From contig MU058213.1 in assembly GCA_013265495.1 (NCBI GenBank), positions 5,170,854 through 5,222,197 of the forward strand: a stretch of 51,344 nucleotides of DNA, given 5' to 3'. Shown one piece after another: positions 26,530 through 40,340 of the stretch (its first letter is position 1; each line of letters starts with the position of its first letter). This stretch comes from Vicugna vicugna (Eukaryota). Under the pieces are notes generated by a model. That model did no database searches. It was not told where the DNA came from and worked only from the letters and a program-made list of their open reading frames with translations. The position numbers and the translations under genes were made by a program.

Positions 26530-26825
26530 TGTACCTTCCTGCCTCTGCTCTTGCTACTCCCTCTGCCTGGAACGCCTGTTCCTAAGAAACTTAAATGTTA
26601 TTTCCTTTGTGAAGTCTTCTGTGACCCCATTAGGCAAAATTAATTGATTTTTCCTCTGTACTTACAAGATATTTGACATACTTTTGTAATAGCACTTATT
26701 ACATGGAATTACTGATACATTAATTCTTCTCCATTCCCACTTCAGGTAAGGGTATTGTGCTTTATTCATCTTTGTAATGTGTGCTTTGCTTATAGACAAA
26801 ATGTTGTTTACTGAATGGATGAGAG
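26530..26825 (+). mobile_element. LINE-2 3' fragment
   Basis: ccctctgcctggaacgc...ttattcatctttgta...aaatgttgtttactgaatggatga. Confidence 0.65.
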
Positions 26826-26899
26826 TAAGAGAACTTAGTGCTGTTCTGCTATTCGCAGTCCCTACTTCTCTGCAGGCACCCACAACTTTGAACACTTAC

Positions 26900-26974
26900 A
26901 TTTCTCTCCCATTTCCAGACATCTTGAATCCCCCAAAGGGGCTCTGGGCATTTAAGGCATTGTAACAATTAATC
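26900..26974 (-). CDS. ALDH1A2: ALDH1A2 exon 12 equivalent (75 nt), (W)[24 protein letters not shown](M)
   Basis: Contains the ALDH PFGGFKxSGxGRE motif. AG at 26975-26976, GTAAG donor at 26895-26899. Too short for the ORF track. Confidence 0.97.
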
Positions 26975-27284
26975 CTGAAGGAAGAAAATATGGTACTGTT
27001 AGTGTGAATTCTATTTGCACAGAAATAATCCCATTGGTAAGATATTTCTTTTTAAAGTTTTATTTTTTAATTCCTTTTTCCCACATGAAAATTTTATAAT
27101 TTGAGGTTTACTTTGATTCCCTGATCTAGCCAGTAGGAAGTGCCCCTTCTCAGGGTGAAGTCCTCCGTCCCCATTCTTCCAGAGCATGTGTGTTTATTTC
27201 ATGCCGGCTCTGGAGAATTACAAGGCCCCTCCACCCTCACGGAATGTGTTATGGCCAGAATAACAAGACCAACTCTGGTCTTAC

Positions 27285-27442
27285 CAAACGGTCCCGGCTT
27301 GCATCGCAGAGGACACTGTGAGGGCCTTGTTGATGTCGTTAGTAAAGACAGCTGCTACAAGTCCAAAGTCTGAGTTATTGGCTCTTTCGATAACTTCATC
27401 CATAGTCTTAAACCTCAGAATCTCCTGAACGGGGCCAAAGAT
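27285..27442 (-). CDS. ALDH1A2: ALDH1A2 exon 11 equivalent (158 nt), [52 protein letters not shown](W)
   Basis: Lies within ORF 27281..27469. EEIFGPV motif is completed across the splice junction. AG at 27443-27444, GT at 27283-27284. Confidence 0.97.
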
Positions 27443-28104
27443 CTGCAGCAAAACAGGGTGACCCCACATGGTTGCTTTGCCAACCTTTCACCTGTTTTTC
27501 CACATTTCAAGGCAAGTTTATTCTGCCTTCATTATTTAAATGATGTTTAAACTTTTTAGCAGCACATAACTGTAAAATAGCCCAAACTTCCCCGGAATAA
27601 GATTACATAAGAGTCTGACCTTAGAGTTTAACACATCCACTCCCCCCCACTGACTGGAATTGCTGGATTCCACTGTGTGCTCTAAAACTGCATTCTCCTT
27701 AACCCCCCGGCGCTGCTCCAGAGCTGAGAACTACTGCTCTGGATTGTCGGCTGATCTGCAACTGGTCCTCTCCTGCGTCGGCGTAAGGATGCTTGGGTGC
27801 TTCCTCCTTCTCGGTGAACAGCCTAGTGACCCACGTCTGGTGGGGCTGAACTGCTGCCGGTGTATTACTGAGACCAGTGATGGGCTATGATGCTTCTGCT
27901 GGCTGACAATAACTGCACGTGAAGCACATCACCTGGCCTCCATCTAGCTTGCTTGCCTCTTTAACATTTTTCTTCAAACTGGGATTTCATAGCCATGTTT
28001 ATGTCTATCGTACAATGTATATAAAATATACAGAGCTCAGCCTCTAATACTGTCTACTAGAAATGCCCTAGAAGATGTGGCTGTTGTTAAAATGTATGTA
28101 ATAC

Positions 28105-28269
28105 CTCCTCCTTGGCGATCCGCATGTCGTCGGTGACGTTGGAAAACACCGTGGGCTCGATGAAAAACCCCTTTCGGCCCAGCCCTTTGCCACCGCACTC
28201 AAGCTTGGCACCCTCAGCCACACCACTCTGGATGAGTTCCAGGATCTTGTTGTACTGTTTCTTATCAAT
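28105..28269 (-). CDS. ALDH1A2: ALDH1A2 exon 10 equivalent (165 nt), [55 protein letters not shown]
   Basis: Manual minus-strand translation. AG at 28270-28271, GT at 28103-28104. Phase 0 at both ends. Confidence 0.97.
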
Positions 28270-29436
28270 CTACAGAAGAAATTGCCTAATGACTCCAAGT
28301 AAAACCTTCTTTGAAAATGGAAATAAACATTTTCTCAAGAATTTCTCATTTGTGATTTTTTTCAAAGCTTCATTATACTTAGTCAAATCATAGGGAACTG
28401 CTGCTAATCAACCATTTTTGACCTACAAAAGAGGGCAATTTTGTGTGGTTCCACCTAATACACCAAGGATCCCAGTAAATGCACTGCTCTGATGATACAG
28501 CCAGATCATAAGTACCACTTCAAGATTTAAGCAATGGTTATAAATGATGGAGATACTGTCTAATTGATCATTCACTGCCTATATAGGGTAAAATTAACCT
28601 TATAACCAAATGAACAGTTTAGCAAGTTGTACTGATACTAGAAAGACGAAAACAATGATGAGCTAACACACAGCCTCTGTACGTGGGGCTACACATCAAA
28701 CCCTCTTGAGTATATTTTTATGGAACTACTGTTACACCTTCAGAGAAAAGGATTAAGTTTGAAGAGTGAAAGCTAGTGTCCTAGTTCATAAAACAAAGTC
28801 AGTCTTGCCCCCCCTCAAAAGTTACAGAGCTATCAATCAATTACTATGGTAAATAAAGTAAAAACCTACATTCACCTGAGTCTGTAGTGTATGAAGCATT
28901 CAGAAAAGAGAGAACAGTATGGCAGAGGGGAAATCAGACAGCTCTTCATTCCCTCCACATTTACAAGCTACAAGTGGTCTCCCCAGAGTAGGTCAGGTTG
29001 GTGGAGAGAATCTTTGGCAGCTGGTAAAAGGATAAATGGCTTCTGGGAATGAGAGATACCTGCCCTCCTTGACTGCCATCTGTGGGGATGTCTTGAATCC
29101 AGCGGTTAGGATGGGGACTGGGCTCTAGTGAAGAGCTGCCTTGCCATGCCTAGGTCTTTCTTGGAGCTGAGATACCCTAGCTTACCCACAAAGGTCCAGG
29201 TACCCTTAAGGCGATCCTACTCCCTTAGTTTTTCAGGACAGAACTGAGGGATGGGAAGAGAAGCCTACGTATAAGCAGTGCCTCACTGGCCATGTTTCCA
29301 GCCACGAAGCCGAGGAAGAAGGGCAAGGGGGCAGCAGAAAAAGGAAGACGGTGCTTTGTTGCGTCCCACTAGAGGATCTGGTTTCTGTGCTCACCAGGGA
29401 TTAAGTAAAGAAAGGGAATGTTTATGATGTCTCTAC

Positions 29437-29621
29437 CTGGGGTCCCTGCTCGGTGGTGGGGTCAAAGGGACTCCCCACTATGCGCCTCTTGGCTCGCTCT
29501 ACGCTTCTTCTCACAAACTCTTCATAGATGGACTCCTCCACAAAGATGCGGGACCCTGCAGTGCAGCACTGGCCTTGGTTGAAGAACACACCCTGGTGAG
29601 CCTGCTCCACAGCATAATCCA
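29437..29621 (-). CDS. ALDH1A2: ALDH1A2 exon 9 equivalent (185 nt), including the catalytic Cys in [12 protein letters not shown]
   Basis: ORF 29422..29622 reads [61 protein letters not shown]. Catalytic Cys codon at 29563-29565. AG at 29622-29623, GT at 29435-29436. Confidence 0.98.
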
Positions 29622-30305
29622 CTACAAGAGGAAAGAGTCATGCTCTCGAAACTGCTCCGCCTGCAGAGCGGCTGTCGGTGGGACCACCTCTCTCCCTCCC
29701 CAAAGCCTCGGGTGCAATGTCACGCTCACCACAGAGCATAACCGTGAGCAGCCCAGCAAAAAGCCCTGGACTGAGAACACAAGTTGGTTCTAGCTCTAAC
29801 CAGACCCTCGTGCTATTTGCTATGTTAACTTCTTGAATCCCTTTCTTCTTCTGTAAAAAGAGGGACGGGACCACGTCATCTATAACAGGAGTCTCAAACC
29901 CCAATATTCAAAGAGGCTGGGCAGATCATGTAGTGGTAGTAAAGCGATGTGACAGAGACTCAGAAGGAAAGCACTGCCTTTGGCTGTTGCGATGCATAAA
30001 CATAAGCCCAGGGTTGCCAGATTTCCAATTTTAAGAGAAAACAGAAATCAACATTTTGTGTAATATTTAAAAACTAAGCACAGCTGTACCCTGCATTTGG
30101 CCTGTAGACTGTGAATTTGTAACCCCTAATCTATAGACCTTGTAGCTACATGTTTGATTAGTATTTTGGCGAATTAAACTATAACAGCAGTGGTCATCTT
30201 TGAAGACACTAGATTTCTTCTATATTTACATGGGATTGTATAATAGCATATGATAGCTCTCGTCTTCATCTCTAACATCATCTACTTCAAGACAGTATTA
30301 AAAAT

Positions 30306-30411
30306 GGGGGGAGCATATAGCTCAGTGGTAGAGTGCATGCTTGGCACGTATGAGGTCCTGGGTTCAATTCTCAGTACCTCTGTTAATAAATAAGTAAAAA
30401 TATTTTTTAAA
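30306..30411 (+). mobile_element. tRNA-derived SINE of camelid Vic-1 type with 17-bp target-site duplication
   Basis: A box TAGCTCAGTGG (30318-30328), B box GGTTCAATTC (30361-30370), AT-rich tail. TSD aagacagtattaaaaat (30289-30305) and aagacagtattaataat (30412-30428). Confidence 0.9.
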
Positions 30412-31370
30412 AAGACAGTATTAATAATCTGGTGTCTGCTAGTTGCTAAATGACTAACTGACTGACTCAATGTTCCGTCAGTGGGGTGCTTACACCTCAA
30501 AAAGGAATTTAGGTATAGAATTCTGATCCTCTTGACAACCACTATAAAGCTGGAGCTGAACTCTCTGAGAATTCCAAGCTGGGGCTGAAATCCAGGCAAT
30601 TTACTTTGTTTTCTGATCTCTCCAGTGGTGAAATTGAGGAAACAGTGCTGTCTGGAAGGACGTGAAGAAGAAAAAGGATGACTGAAAGAGATTTTCTAAA
30701 TTCATTCTCGGAAAGACCACACCTGTGCAGAGTGGACTAGGGAGCATCCTTCCTGGAGACGTGAGGATTTGTAGGCTACAGCTCCAAGCCTCCGTGTAGT
30801 CCTACTGCTAGGGTGTAATCACCTTCAATTCAGGTCTGTTCACACAGAACTGACCACAGTGTGTTGTCATCCCGACTGAGAGCCACGGGAGCAACAGAAA
30901 GAGGTGGGGTGGCTAAACTGGGAAGGGGCTGTGGGTTTGGAACAATGTTGGCAGGGCTAGTGAATTAGAATTTTTTTTAATGATCTACAAAGCCACCAAG
31001 CATACATGAGAAGTTTCAGATTTCTTGAATCTAGGCAGAAAGGTTGTATTTCAGGTGTTCAGAGGCTTGGACCACTGCTCTTTCCACTACACAACACCCA
31101 CCTAGCCTTCGCCTCCTCTACCCTATTTTACAAATCACAGAGTCAAAATGGCTTATTATGTCTAGAAAACAAACTCTGATTGTCAGTTGATAAGCAGTCT
31201 TTCCCAATGTTAAACTATTTTCTCCTTAGAAGGAGGGGTCAAGATTTTTCTCCTTGAAAGCCACTTAGCTTCAAAGGCCTCTTTCCTGGTGTTCTGTCAA
31301 AAGTGACGACACAAGAGACAGCACCGAAGGGCAGCACGCCAGGACGTCAGGAGATCTGTGGTTGACTTAC

Positions 31371-31473
31371 AATCAGCATCTGCAAAGATAATATTGGGAC
31401 TTTTCCCTCCAAGTTCCAGGGTTACTCGCTTCAAATTACTTCTTCCAGCTGCTTCTTGGATAAGCTTTCCAAC
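31371..31473 (-). CDS. ALDH1A2: ALDH1A2 exon 8 equivalent (103 nt), [34 protein letters not shown], including the general-base Glu
   Basis: TLELGGKSP motif with Glu codon at 31414-31416. AG at 31474-31475 after a pyrimidine tract, GTAAGT donor at 31365-31370. Confidence 0.98.
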
Positions 31474-32744
31474 CTGTAAGAAAGGAAATGGAGGGAGGTT
31501 TTGTACACCTTGCAGTTGAGACTGTTGGTGGCCAGAGCCAGCTGTGGGCAGCAGTGTGGCCAGCTGTGGGACACAGCAGTCACGGAGCCTGCAGGGCAAA
31601 GCCGCCCACTGGACAACACGGGAACAACCCCTGAGGTCAACTTGTGTGGACAAGATGTAAATCAGCTGCGATGCAGTTTAAAGTCTGTGCTGAAGTGAGT
31701 GGGAAGACTGATTTAGTTTCATGATGGAAGGAGCCAAAAAAGGGGGTTAAACCTGGAATCCTAATCACTGAAAGATTTCTCTAAAGACAACTGGCAAGCA
31801 AAATGTAACTAGAGATTTTCTACCACTGCACTGTGGCTTTCAGCTTTAGACTCCGGCCTCTAGAAAAAAAGCCAAATGGCTCCCCTTGAAAGACATGATG
31901 TGTATAGAACAAACTCTTCATGTGTCTCCAAAAATGCCAGGTATGGCTTTAATCACATGGTCCAAATATATATACTGATGTTATACCTTTGCCTCTGCCT
32001 CGGGCTATAGTGAAAGGATTCCAGAAAGCTGAGGATCTGTCTTTATTTGTGCAATGCCCATTTATCTAGAATCCAAACAAATAACAGGCTAAGTGTGAGG
32101 AAAGCATTTCCCACTGTGCAGACTCACACTGCCAATAAGACTGAAAGTGTCAAGATGGCACCACCTAGAGCCCCTACTCAAGGAAGAACGTGTCGCCTCA
32201 GTGACTAGGGCTGCTGTCAGCTCCTTCAGAGTCACCTCAGCTGAAAAGAGCATCCATGCCCAAGGGGTGACCCTCCCACATCCACTGCCTGATGGTGGCA
32301 CAGATATAAAGGCCCTGCCCTTTCAGATCACACGCGGCAGCTCTGAGGGACCTTGTCTGCTCCACCACGCCTACCGGTGTGGCTGAGGCCATCAGGCCTG
32401 CGTGGCAGCTCAACTTCCCCCTGTGTGCACCCCCTTCAGCAGGGGACCCCTGATAAATAACCTGCCTGGCAAACTCCAACTCAGCGACGCCTCCCGGAGA
32501 CCCTGACCTGTGGCAGGGTGCTGCTCTGTTGCGGGCAGAGGCCCCTCCAGGGAAAGTGCTGAGCCCCCATGCAGCCCCCACAGGCAGCCTGCCCCTGTTG
32601 AGATGAACAATGCTACTTGTGCCCGGAATCCTACTGAAAATAAAGTATTTTAAAAGCAGTGGGAAAAGAAATGCTACATACGCTTTGGACTCCTCCGGCT
32701 CCAGGCTGAGACCCTCGGACAGGACTAACTCCTCAAGCCAGTAG

Positions 32745-32920
32745 AGCAGTGGTCAAGAGAAAAGGCTCTGGAGCCTGAATGTTTTACTGATTATATCACT
32801 TAGGGACTGTTTGACCTTGAGAAAATTTTTATCTTCTCTGAACCTCTGTTCCCTCCTCTGTAAATGGAGCTAAAAGCAGTACCTACATCGGAATTTAGCT
32901 GTCCTGAGAATGAAGTGATT
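32745..32920 (+). mobile_element. MIR SINE
   Basis: gcagtggtcaagag..ggctctggagcc...gaccttga...ctctgaacctctgttccctcctctgtaaatgg. Confidence 0.75.
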
Positions 32921-35900
32921 TGATAGCCGGCCCCCAGAACCCAGGCTGCACGCAGTGTGAGCCACGTGCAGGGGGAGAAGCCAGGGCCCCTCTTCTTCCA
33001 GGTCCTGCACGGAGAAATGGAGCTGGCTGTAAGCTGGTTGTACTAGACCTTCCAAAGCAGGTCTCCTCCCATGGCTCCCAAATTGTCTATGCACATCAAT
33101 TACTTCAGGAAATCACTGGGGAAACTGACTTGCCACCAGTCTCCAATATTACTCATTAGCTGGATTAAAGGCTTTTATGTTTTTATTATTACTCTACCTC
33201 ACAGCAAAAACTTTTAGGAAATACACTCTCATTCTGAGGAAATCTAACCTTGGGGAAAATATAGTGATGTCTCTGAAAGAGGTCAAATTAGAGTCTCTTA
33301 GATGCACAACACTGTTTCCACCAACGGGTTAAGAAGCACCAGCACCCACCCATGGCCAGAGCGCCTTCCCTGCCTCTCCAGCTTGTCTCTTCCACCTCCA
33401 GATCAAGCCCCTAGGAAGATGGGCTAATAAAGGGCTGGTTCTCAGGCAAACCTGCTCTCTATCCTTCAAGAAAAAAGTATGCATACACAAAGGAAAGGAG
33501 AATCTGGCCCTTCATCCAGCAAGAGAAGAGTGGTCAGGTGAGGTTCCACTGGAAGCCCGAGACCCCAGCAAGACGGAAGCCGCACGAGGGCAGCTGGGCA
33601 GCGGCACCGGGGCATCCCTGGGAGGCTGTGTGACTGCCCGTCCTTCCGAGCAGTTTTAGTGTGCTTGGCTCTCCCTGCCCTGAGGAATCCATGTTAACTG
33701 ATGGGTACTCATCTTAAAGTACAGAAAGATAAACAGACAAGTGCTTTCTCAAAGAAGATAATCACTGGAAGTCATGAACATTATTATTACATTTATTAAA
33801 AAACTGGCTTATTGAGTCATTCTGTATCAGACATTTACATGTATTTATGCATTTAAGCCTCTCAAACCCCCTACAAGGTATCATTTGAGCAATCCAAGAG
33901 TTAAAGTCAGTGGATGCTACCATGTCACCTGACTGGTTACTGGTAGAGCCTGCTGGACCCCCGTGCAGGCAGACTCCAGGGCCCAAGTACAGGTCACTCC
34001 CTCCCCTCCCCTTAACCTCCTCCCAGCACTCTGCCTTCGTTTATATATTTACTGAGCACCCAGTGTGTGCCACATACCATCCAAACCCTAGCCTTGAACT
34101 CCAAGTTCACTTAAAAGTGAGCAAAAATAACATTTTTTAAGCACAAATAATGGCCACAATTCATCAGTTACAAAACTTACGCTCTGCCTTCAGATTGACA
34201 TTTGAAAAACAAGCAAAAGCAAGGGGAAATTATGGATTTTACACATAGTAAGACGCTGAATAAATGTTTGGAGTTGGTAGAGAGAGTGCTGGCCCGCTGG
34301 CATTACATTTCTGTTAGCCCTACTCCCTGACTTTCATCAAAGTGCTCTGTGGGCTGGTATCTGCTGCACTAGGAATGTTGTCCAATGATTAGTATTTTCA
34401 TGGCTACAGTAACCATACAAAAATCTTGCTCAGTCTATGGTCATAAGAGAATAATACCTCAGGATAATTTTTCCTGCATCGATGCTTTGCCAGCCTTTCC
34501 TTAGAAACCAAATTTGTGCTAAACACTGCAAGGCAAGTCTCAGATGAATAATGCTTTTCCTTTTCATCTTTGGAAGAAAGTCAAGTTGTAGCTGAGCCTC
34601 ACAAAAGAACTGGTTGTTAGGTTACAGGAGAACCACTTCTATCTGAATCTGCCTCAGGACAGGATACCCTGAAAACCCCCAGTTTTTCACCAATTCCCCT
34701 TCATTCAACACGTATTCCCAGTTCTCCTCCTATGTGCCAGGTGCAATGCTGGCCACAGTTCCTTACCAACAACGAATTCACAGATAAGAGGATTCCCATG
34801 TATACCTAACAGGTGTTCAGTAAGTGCAGAAAATCCTGGGCCTGATTTACTATTAGATCTGAACAGTGAAGTGATGGCTGTGCAGCACTTTCTGGGTTAT
34901 TTCCTAGAGTCAGGATCCTCTGCGCTTTACCCAGAAAGGTGAGCTGGGATGCAGCAACCTTCACTAATTACGGGATTGGGCATCATACACCTCCCCTATC
35001 ATGACACTCTCAGTTTCCAGGTCAGACACTCTCTGGAGAATACATTACTACTCATGAACTCTCCCTGCAAGTGGAATGAGGGTAAGTGACCCTGAAGGGA
35101 GGCACTCCTCGCTGTCATTACCATGAGGAGGAAAGAGACAAGAGGAAGAACACACACCACTCCAAAGCAGGGGATTCTCCACAGGAAAGAGTAATGTTCA
35201 AAAACAAGGAGCTTACATGAGAACTGACTCTTACAAAATATGACAGGTTCTGTGCAAACCAACCTAAAATATTACTTGCACAAATCCCATGCAAAGGTTT
35301 CCAAAGTTAAAATCTATGAGGCAGGAAAGTCTCGGAAAGAACGAAACACAGACATCAAAGGCCTGGGATGAACTGGCCATCTAAGACAGAAAAGCAGTAA
35401 GCAGGACTCCACAGGGACATGTGTGTGCTGCACCAGGCACATTTACACACGGCCAGAAGGCGGGAGCACACAGTGAGATGAGTGGGGCTGCCAGGACGCA
35501 CAGGTCTCCTGAGTGGTTAAAGCCAAGTCAAGGATGGGCTTCATAACACCAAAGCTCTACTCTGATAAACAGGCAACCTGTGAGATGAAACACAGAAATA
35601 TGCAGTTTGAGAAACTGCATCCTGTATGTGAATACATATTAAATAGAATTAAGAAAGGCATAGAGACCAAATTTTGAGTTCATCATTCTCTGTTTTTTCC
35701 CCAAATCAGGAAAGCTTTCACAATATACTCTTATTACACATCCTGTCCTATCTCTGACAACCTAGTTAACTATAACCATAACCAGGTTCATGGACTACAA
35801 TTTAGCCCATAGGAGTGAGAAGACCTAGTTACTACAAGCTCTGGCTTGGCTCCTTTGATTTGGGGAAGCCACTTCACCTCCGTGGGCCTCAGTTTCTTCA

Positions 35901-37362
35901 TCTGATGAAGAAGATGCACGCCAAGCCATCTGCCCCTTAGTACTCCACTTAGCTGGAGGAATTAAAAAAGACTCAGGGCCCTGGGGTCCCTGCTCACTCT
36001 GAGAGTCCATCCACAATTCTTCTGGATGTTTCTTGTCTTACTGAGCAGAACTAGCTTTTCAGAGGCACCACAGCTGCACTGAATGGTGGAAAAACCTGAT
36101 CGTTTTAGTTTCCCACAGCTCATTACAGAAGAGTAAGTGATGGTGCTCCTATCATGTGCCGTCTTAACTTGGTGCTCCCTGCAGTCTCTCAGCTGTATCT
36201 GTGCACCCCAAACAGGCAAGGGCGGGGAACTGCGGGCTCGCCCACACATAATGGAACTGGGCTAATTCTCAGCAGGAATTCTGGCACAGATCAACTCTGA
36301 CTCCCATCCTCATTCTGCCTAGGCTTCAAGATTGATATCAGGAGTATCCCTGGAAGAGCCACAATGCACCAGAATCGTGCTCTCAGCACTGCAGCAGGGT
36401 AGGAAATGCAATTTGGAGCTTCGAATGGAAAATAATTTGTTTCACAGGACAAAAAGACCGTGGAAGGCTTTCTATGCCCTCTTTATCCAAGGCTTTTGCT
36501 CCCTGAATCAAGTTTCTCAAGTTGGGTAAAATTTTTCTTTTTATTCATTAATTACCCATATGTCTAGGACGGGCTTCTTCTCAGAGATACTTCTTTTTCT
36601 TGTTTAGTTAATTACACATATTAGGGGGGATTTCTTCTCACAGATATGCCACCTTTTTTTTTTTAAATGGAAAAATCTCTAGGAGAGAGTTCAATAAACT
36701 GGTTGAAGATGCCTGCTTTCTGCTATATATTTTCGTTTCTTAAAACCCAAAGAGATTGATTCTATGCTTCTTCCCTCTTCTCCTTTCTGGATTTTTATTC
36801 TGCTACTGGTTCTGACTATGACAGAAATAGAAATGCTTCAAATATGTATAATTGGATACTTTTTGTCTTTCTGAAATATCCAGAAATAACAGACCAAATC
36901 AATCTGTTCAGTTGCACCAGAAAGTTAACCAGACCAAGGCATGTAAGTAGTTAATCTAAGTGGTAGTAGCCAATTTCAAAACTTTATTCTGAAATTCAGG
37001 TGAAAACCAGTGCTGCCGCTAACTGCGCTTCCAGCCCCTCTTCTTACATTCGCACCGCCACACACTCATCCCTTTAGCACATGAAACCACCTACCCTTCC
37101 TGGAATATCACTGTGCCTTTATATTGGCTATTTCCTCTGCCTGAAATGCCTTTCCTCTCCCTGCCTATTCATTTTTCCCGCTCTACCTCTGCCTCAGTCT
37201 CTGAGAAGCTAGCTTTGTGGATCCACCCTCCCTACAGGGTTTGGTGTTCCCCCTTCTCTGATCCCATATAACTGATCCTGTTCTTGTTTAATAGCTGTCT
37301 TCCTTACTAGACTGACTGACTAGACTGACTAATCCCCCTTACAGAGGGACTCCTGTTTACAT

Positions 37363-37392
37363 ACACACACACACACACACACTCACACACAC
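37363..37392. repeat. (CA)n microsatellite, interrupted
   Basis: acacacacacacacacacactcacacacac. Confidence 0.9.
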
Positions 37393-37849
37393 AGATTTTC
37401 AGCAGCATTTGATGAGTTAATGGGCCAGAACATGACAGCTGCTCTTGAGATCTCTGGAAATCAGAGAATATTAAGTCTTTCATGAAACAGAGGTGAGAGA
37501 TTGGAACACAGAAGCCTATGTCCAAGGCTTTGTTTGCCACAACTAGCAGTATGATCTTGAACCTTCCTCTTCTTACTTATCTTTGGCTGAAATTTCTACA
37601 TGTTTAATGAAGGGAATGGCTTCATGGTTCTAATACTGACGGCATGTCGAAGTTCCCGGAGCACTTAAAAACTTTTTCTATGCCTGGGCTCTACCTCCAG
37701 AGATTCTGATCATCTTCGTCTGGAGTGGAGCCCACAGGCATGGGTGTCTTAACGTGCTGCCAGGGTAAAAAACCATGGGATTAAAGAAACTTTAGAGGGC
37801 ATTTCTCTCACACTGTCACTAACCTTTCATTGTTGGCTCTGCTTTCCAA

Positions 37850-38070
37850 TTGTTTATTATCATTTATTGGGCACCTTCTATGCCACTTGTTCTCACAAAC
37901 ATTATTTCATCCTCATGGCAATCCAGTGAGGCAAGAATTATTTTAGAGTTGAAAAAAAAATATGACTCAGGTCAAGAAATGACTTGCTGACAGGCACCCA
38001 CTGAGCGGCAGAGCCAGGGCTGGACTCAGATTGCTCACACCAAGCCCAGGGCTCTCTTCACTCCACTATG
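37850..38070 (-). mobile_element. MIR SINE
   Basis: catttattgggcaccttctatgcc...cctcatggcaatccagtgagg...gcagagccagggctggactcag. Confidence 0.65.
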
Positions 38071-39444
38071 GGTTCTCTCTGTGGTTCCTGCTTCTCTTTT
38101 CCAGATGTTTTCCTGGGATTAGATGCCCTCTGCTATGAGCAGAATTCTGCTGGCTAAACACACTATCCACAACTAACGTGCATTCTAGATCAACTGTCCT
38201 GTACACTTAGCCTCCTTCTGTTACATAAAGCCTCTTAAGACCTGTTCAAACTCAGTCTGAACTCTGAGGAGAGAAATCTACTGCAGAATAAATCAAGGAA
38301 TCTCAGGTAGCAGGCAGAAACTACAGCATGTTCTTTCTTTTTCTTCAGTATTCAAGTTTTTATTTAAGTACTAGAGAGGAAAAGGAAGAAAGTTAGTAAT
38401 TTACAACCTGCACATCCAAAGGTTTTGACACAACAAACTGGTATTTTTGATTCAAACGCTGGGATAGTTCACTAATGGACTCATACCACCTTAGAAAGTG
38501 TCTCATAAGCTGTTTTTAAAGAATAACTAAAACTGTAGCAGGCCACTTCCCACCCCCGCAACAAAGAGGGGTGAGGCTACCCAGAGGGGAGAGCTTACCG
38601 GATTCATTACTCAAGCAGCAGAGAGGTTGTCTGTATCATATAAGACGACATTCATCTCACGTAGGAAATGAAAGGAGAACCCCGGCTGCGTAAATTAGAA
38701 TCAGTGATAATACAGCTGTTAGCCACAAACATTTGTTTGGCACGAATCAATCTGGACTCTCCTGTAGTTTGCTTTGATGGTCTCTTTCCTATCCTGTTGA
38801 CTGATGATGAAATCATGGTTTGTTCATCTAACTGAATAAAGAAAACATCATACCAAGCAAGACGCAAACTGTTTTCCTGAACTTTATTGAGGTTGTTTAT
38901 TGACTCTGTGTTTATAAGAGCCCTTTTATATTCACTTATTAAATATTTACACTTATTGCTTATGTATTTAGCTGCATAAGCAGAAATTAATCCTATCTTT
39001 AATCTGAGTAACTCTGTTTGCTTTTTAAAGGCCTTTTGCTAAAGTAAAATGGAAAAAGGCCACTTCAAATAAGCTGCTTGTTGCTGCTGCTCCAGACATT
39101 TTGTGATGCACCAACAGGTCCCCCTTCTAGGGTAATCGTAACAGAAGCCACAGTCAAATCCATATTCAAGTCACATGTACTCTCTGGCAGACTCTACAAT
39201 TTCCCAAGTAGCCTACAAATCTAAGAGAGGGTAGATGGATAAAGAAGTGAAAAACTACAGCTGTAAAGGGGTCTCGGGATTTATGTGGTCACTAGACTTG
39301 CTGCGACAGTTCTCTACCTGCCACCATTAATGTGATCATAACAAGCTGACTTTCGTATTCTAGTCAAATGCTTCTTCCTCAGGATCCTCCATTACCTGCC
39401 AATGATATCATTCCGGAGAAGAAACTAGAAGATCCTCCAGAGAC

Positions 39445-39680
39445 CACAGGATTGGTTTCCCTCTAAGTGCAGGGAGGGGGAGGGCTAGAGGGAAAGATGG
39501 GAGAGGGATTACAAAGAGGCAGTAGGAAACCTCTGAGGGTGATGACCATGTGCACTGCGTGAACTGCGGGGATGGTTTCACAGGTGAGTACATTTGTCAA
39601 GACTTACCAAATTGTACGCTTCAAATATGTGAAATTTACTATATATTAGTTATACTTCAATAAAGCTGTTTAATAAAGAT
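39445..39680 (+). mobile_element. L1MC/ME-type 3' end
   Basis: gatggtttcacaggtg...ttgtcaagacttaccaaattgtac...ttatacttcaataaagctg is a classical old L1 3' terminus. Confidence 0.8.
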
Positions 39681-40019
39681 ATATTAAGCAAAAAATGTTA
39701 TTTTATTAGAGTAATTATGCCATACAACTCTTTGTTGTCCTCTGTGGACTGTTGATGGGGAAACGATACTGAATTGACATGACTATTTAGATGATGACTT
39801 AATGGTTTTAATTAAAGTCAAATGCATTAGAATAAATTAATTAAACTTAAAATAAATAAAGACTGAAAGGGAAAGAGAACAAGCGAAGAGGGAAAAAAAT
39901 AAAGGAAAGCAAAAAGTGGTGAAAATAAAGAATAGATTAGAGATCAATAAAAGAAATTATTGCAAGTAAAAGGATGGCAATATTTGAGATTATGAATCTG
40001 AATAAGAAAAAAAAGCATC

Positions 40020-40340
40020 ATACTCATAGAAGCTGACAGTTCTCATTTATCTGTACAGATGGTGGAACAAAATCACTCTGCTAAGAACTCACCAGGTAGA
40101 TAAGGAAGGGTGATCATTTTTGGCAGAAGAAACAGCATGCGCAAAGTCAGAACAGTGAAAGGCGTGTCCCATTCGGGGGGTTGCAAGAGCAGTCTGGTAA
40201 GGCTACAGAGCATGGAAGGTGCAGGGGTCAGGTCAACCTGTTACCTAAGGAGTTTAAATATCCAGGTAGAGATGTCCACTCTACACTTACAAATGCAGCA
40301 AGTATGGAGCTCAAAAGAGAGGTTCATAGCTATAAATGTG
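40020..40340 (-). mobile_element. LINE-2 fragment
   Basis: ggcagaagaaacagcatgcgcaaag and atatccaggtagagatgtcc...gtatggagctcaaaagagaggt resemble reverse L2. Confidence 0.55.

Noticed and set aside
30306..30380. Possible tRNA gene
   Set aside because: It has A and B boxes but no proper cloverleaf. An AT-rich tail and TSD show it is a SINE.
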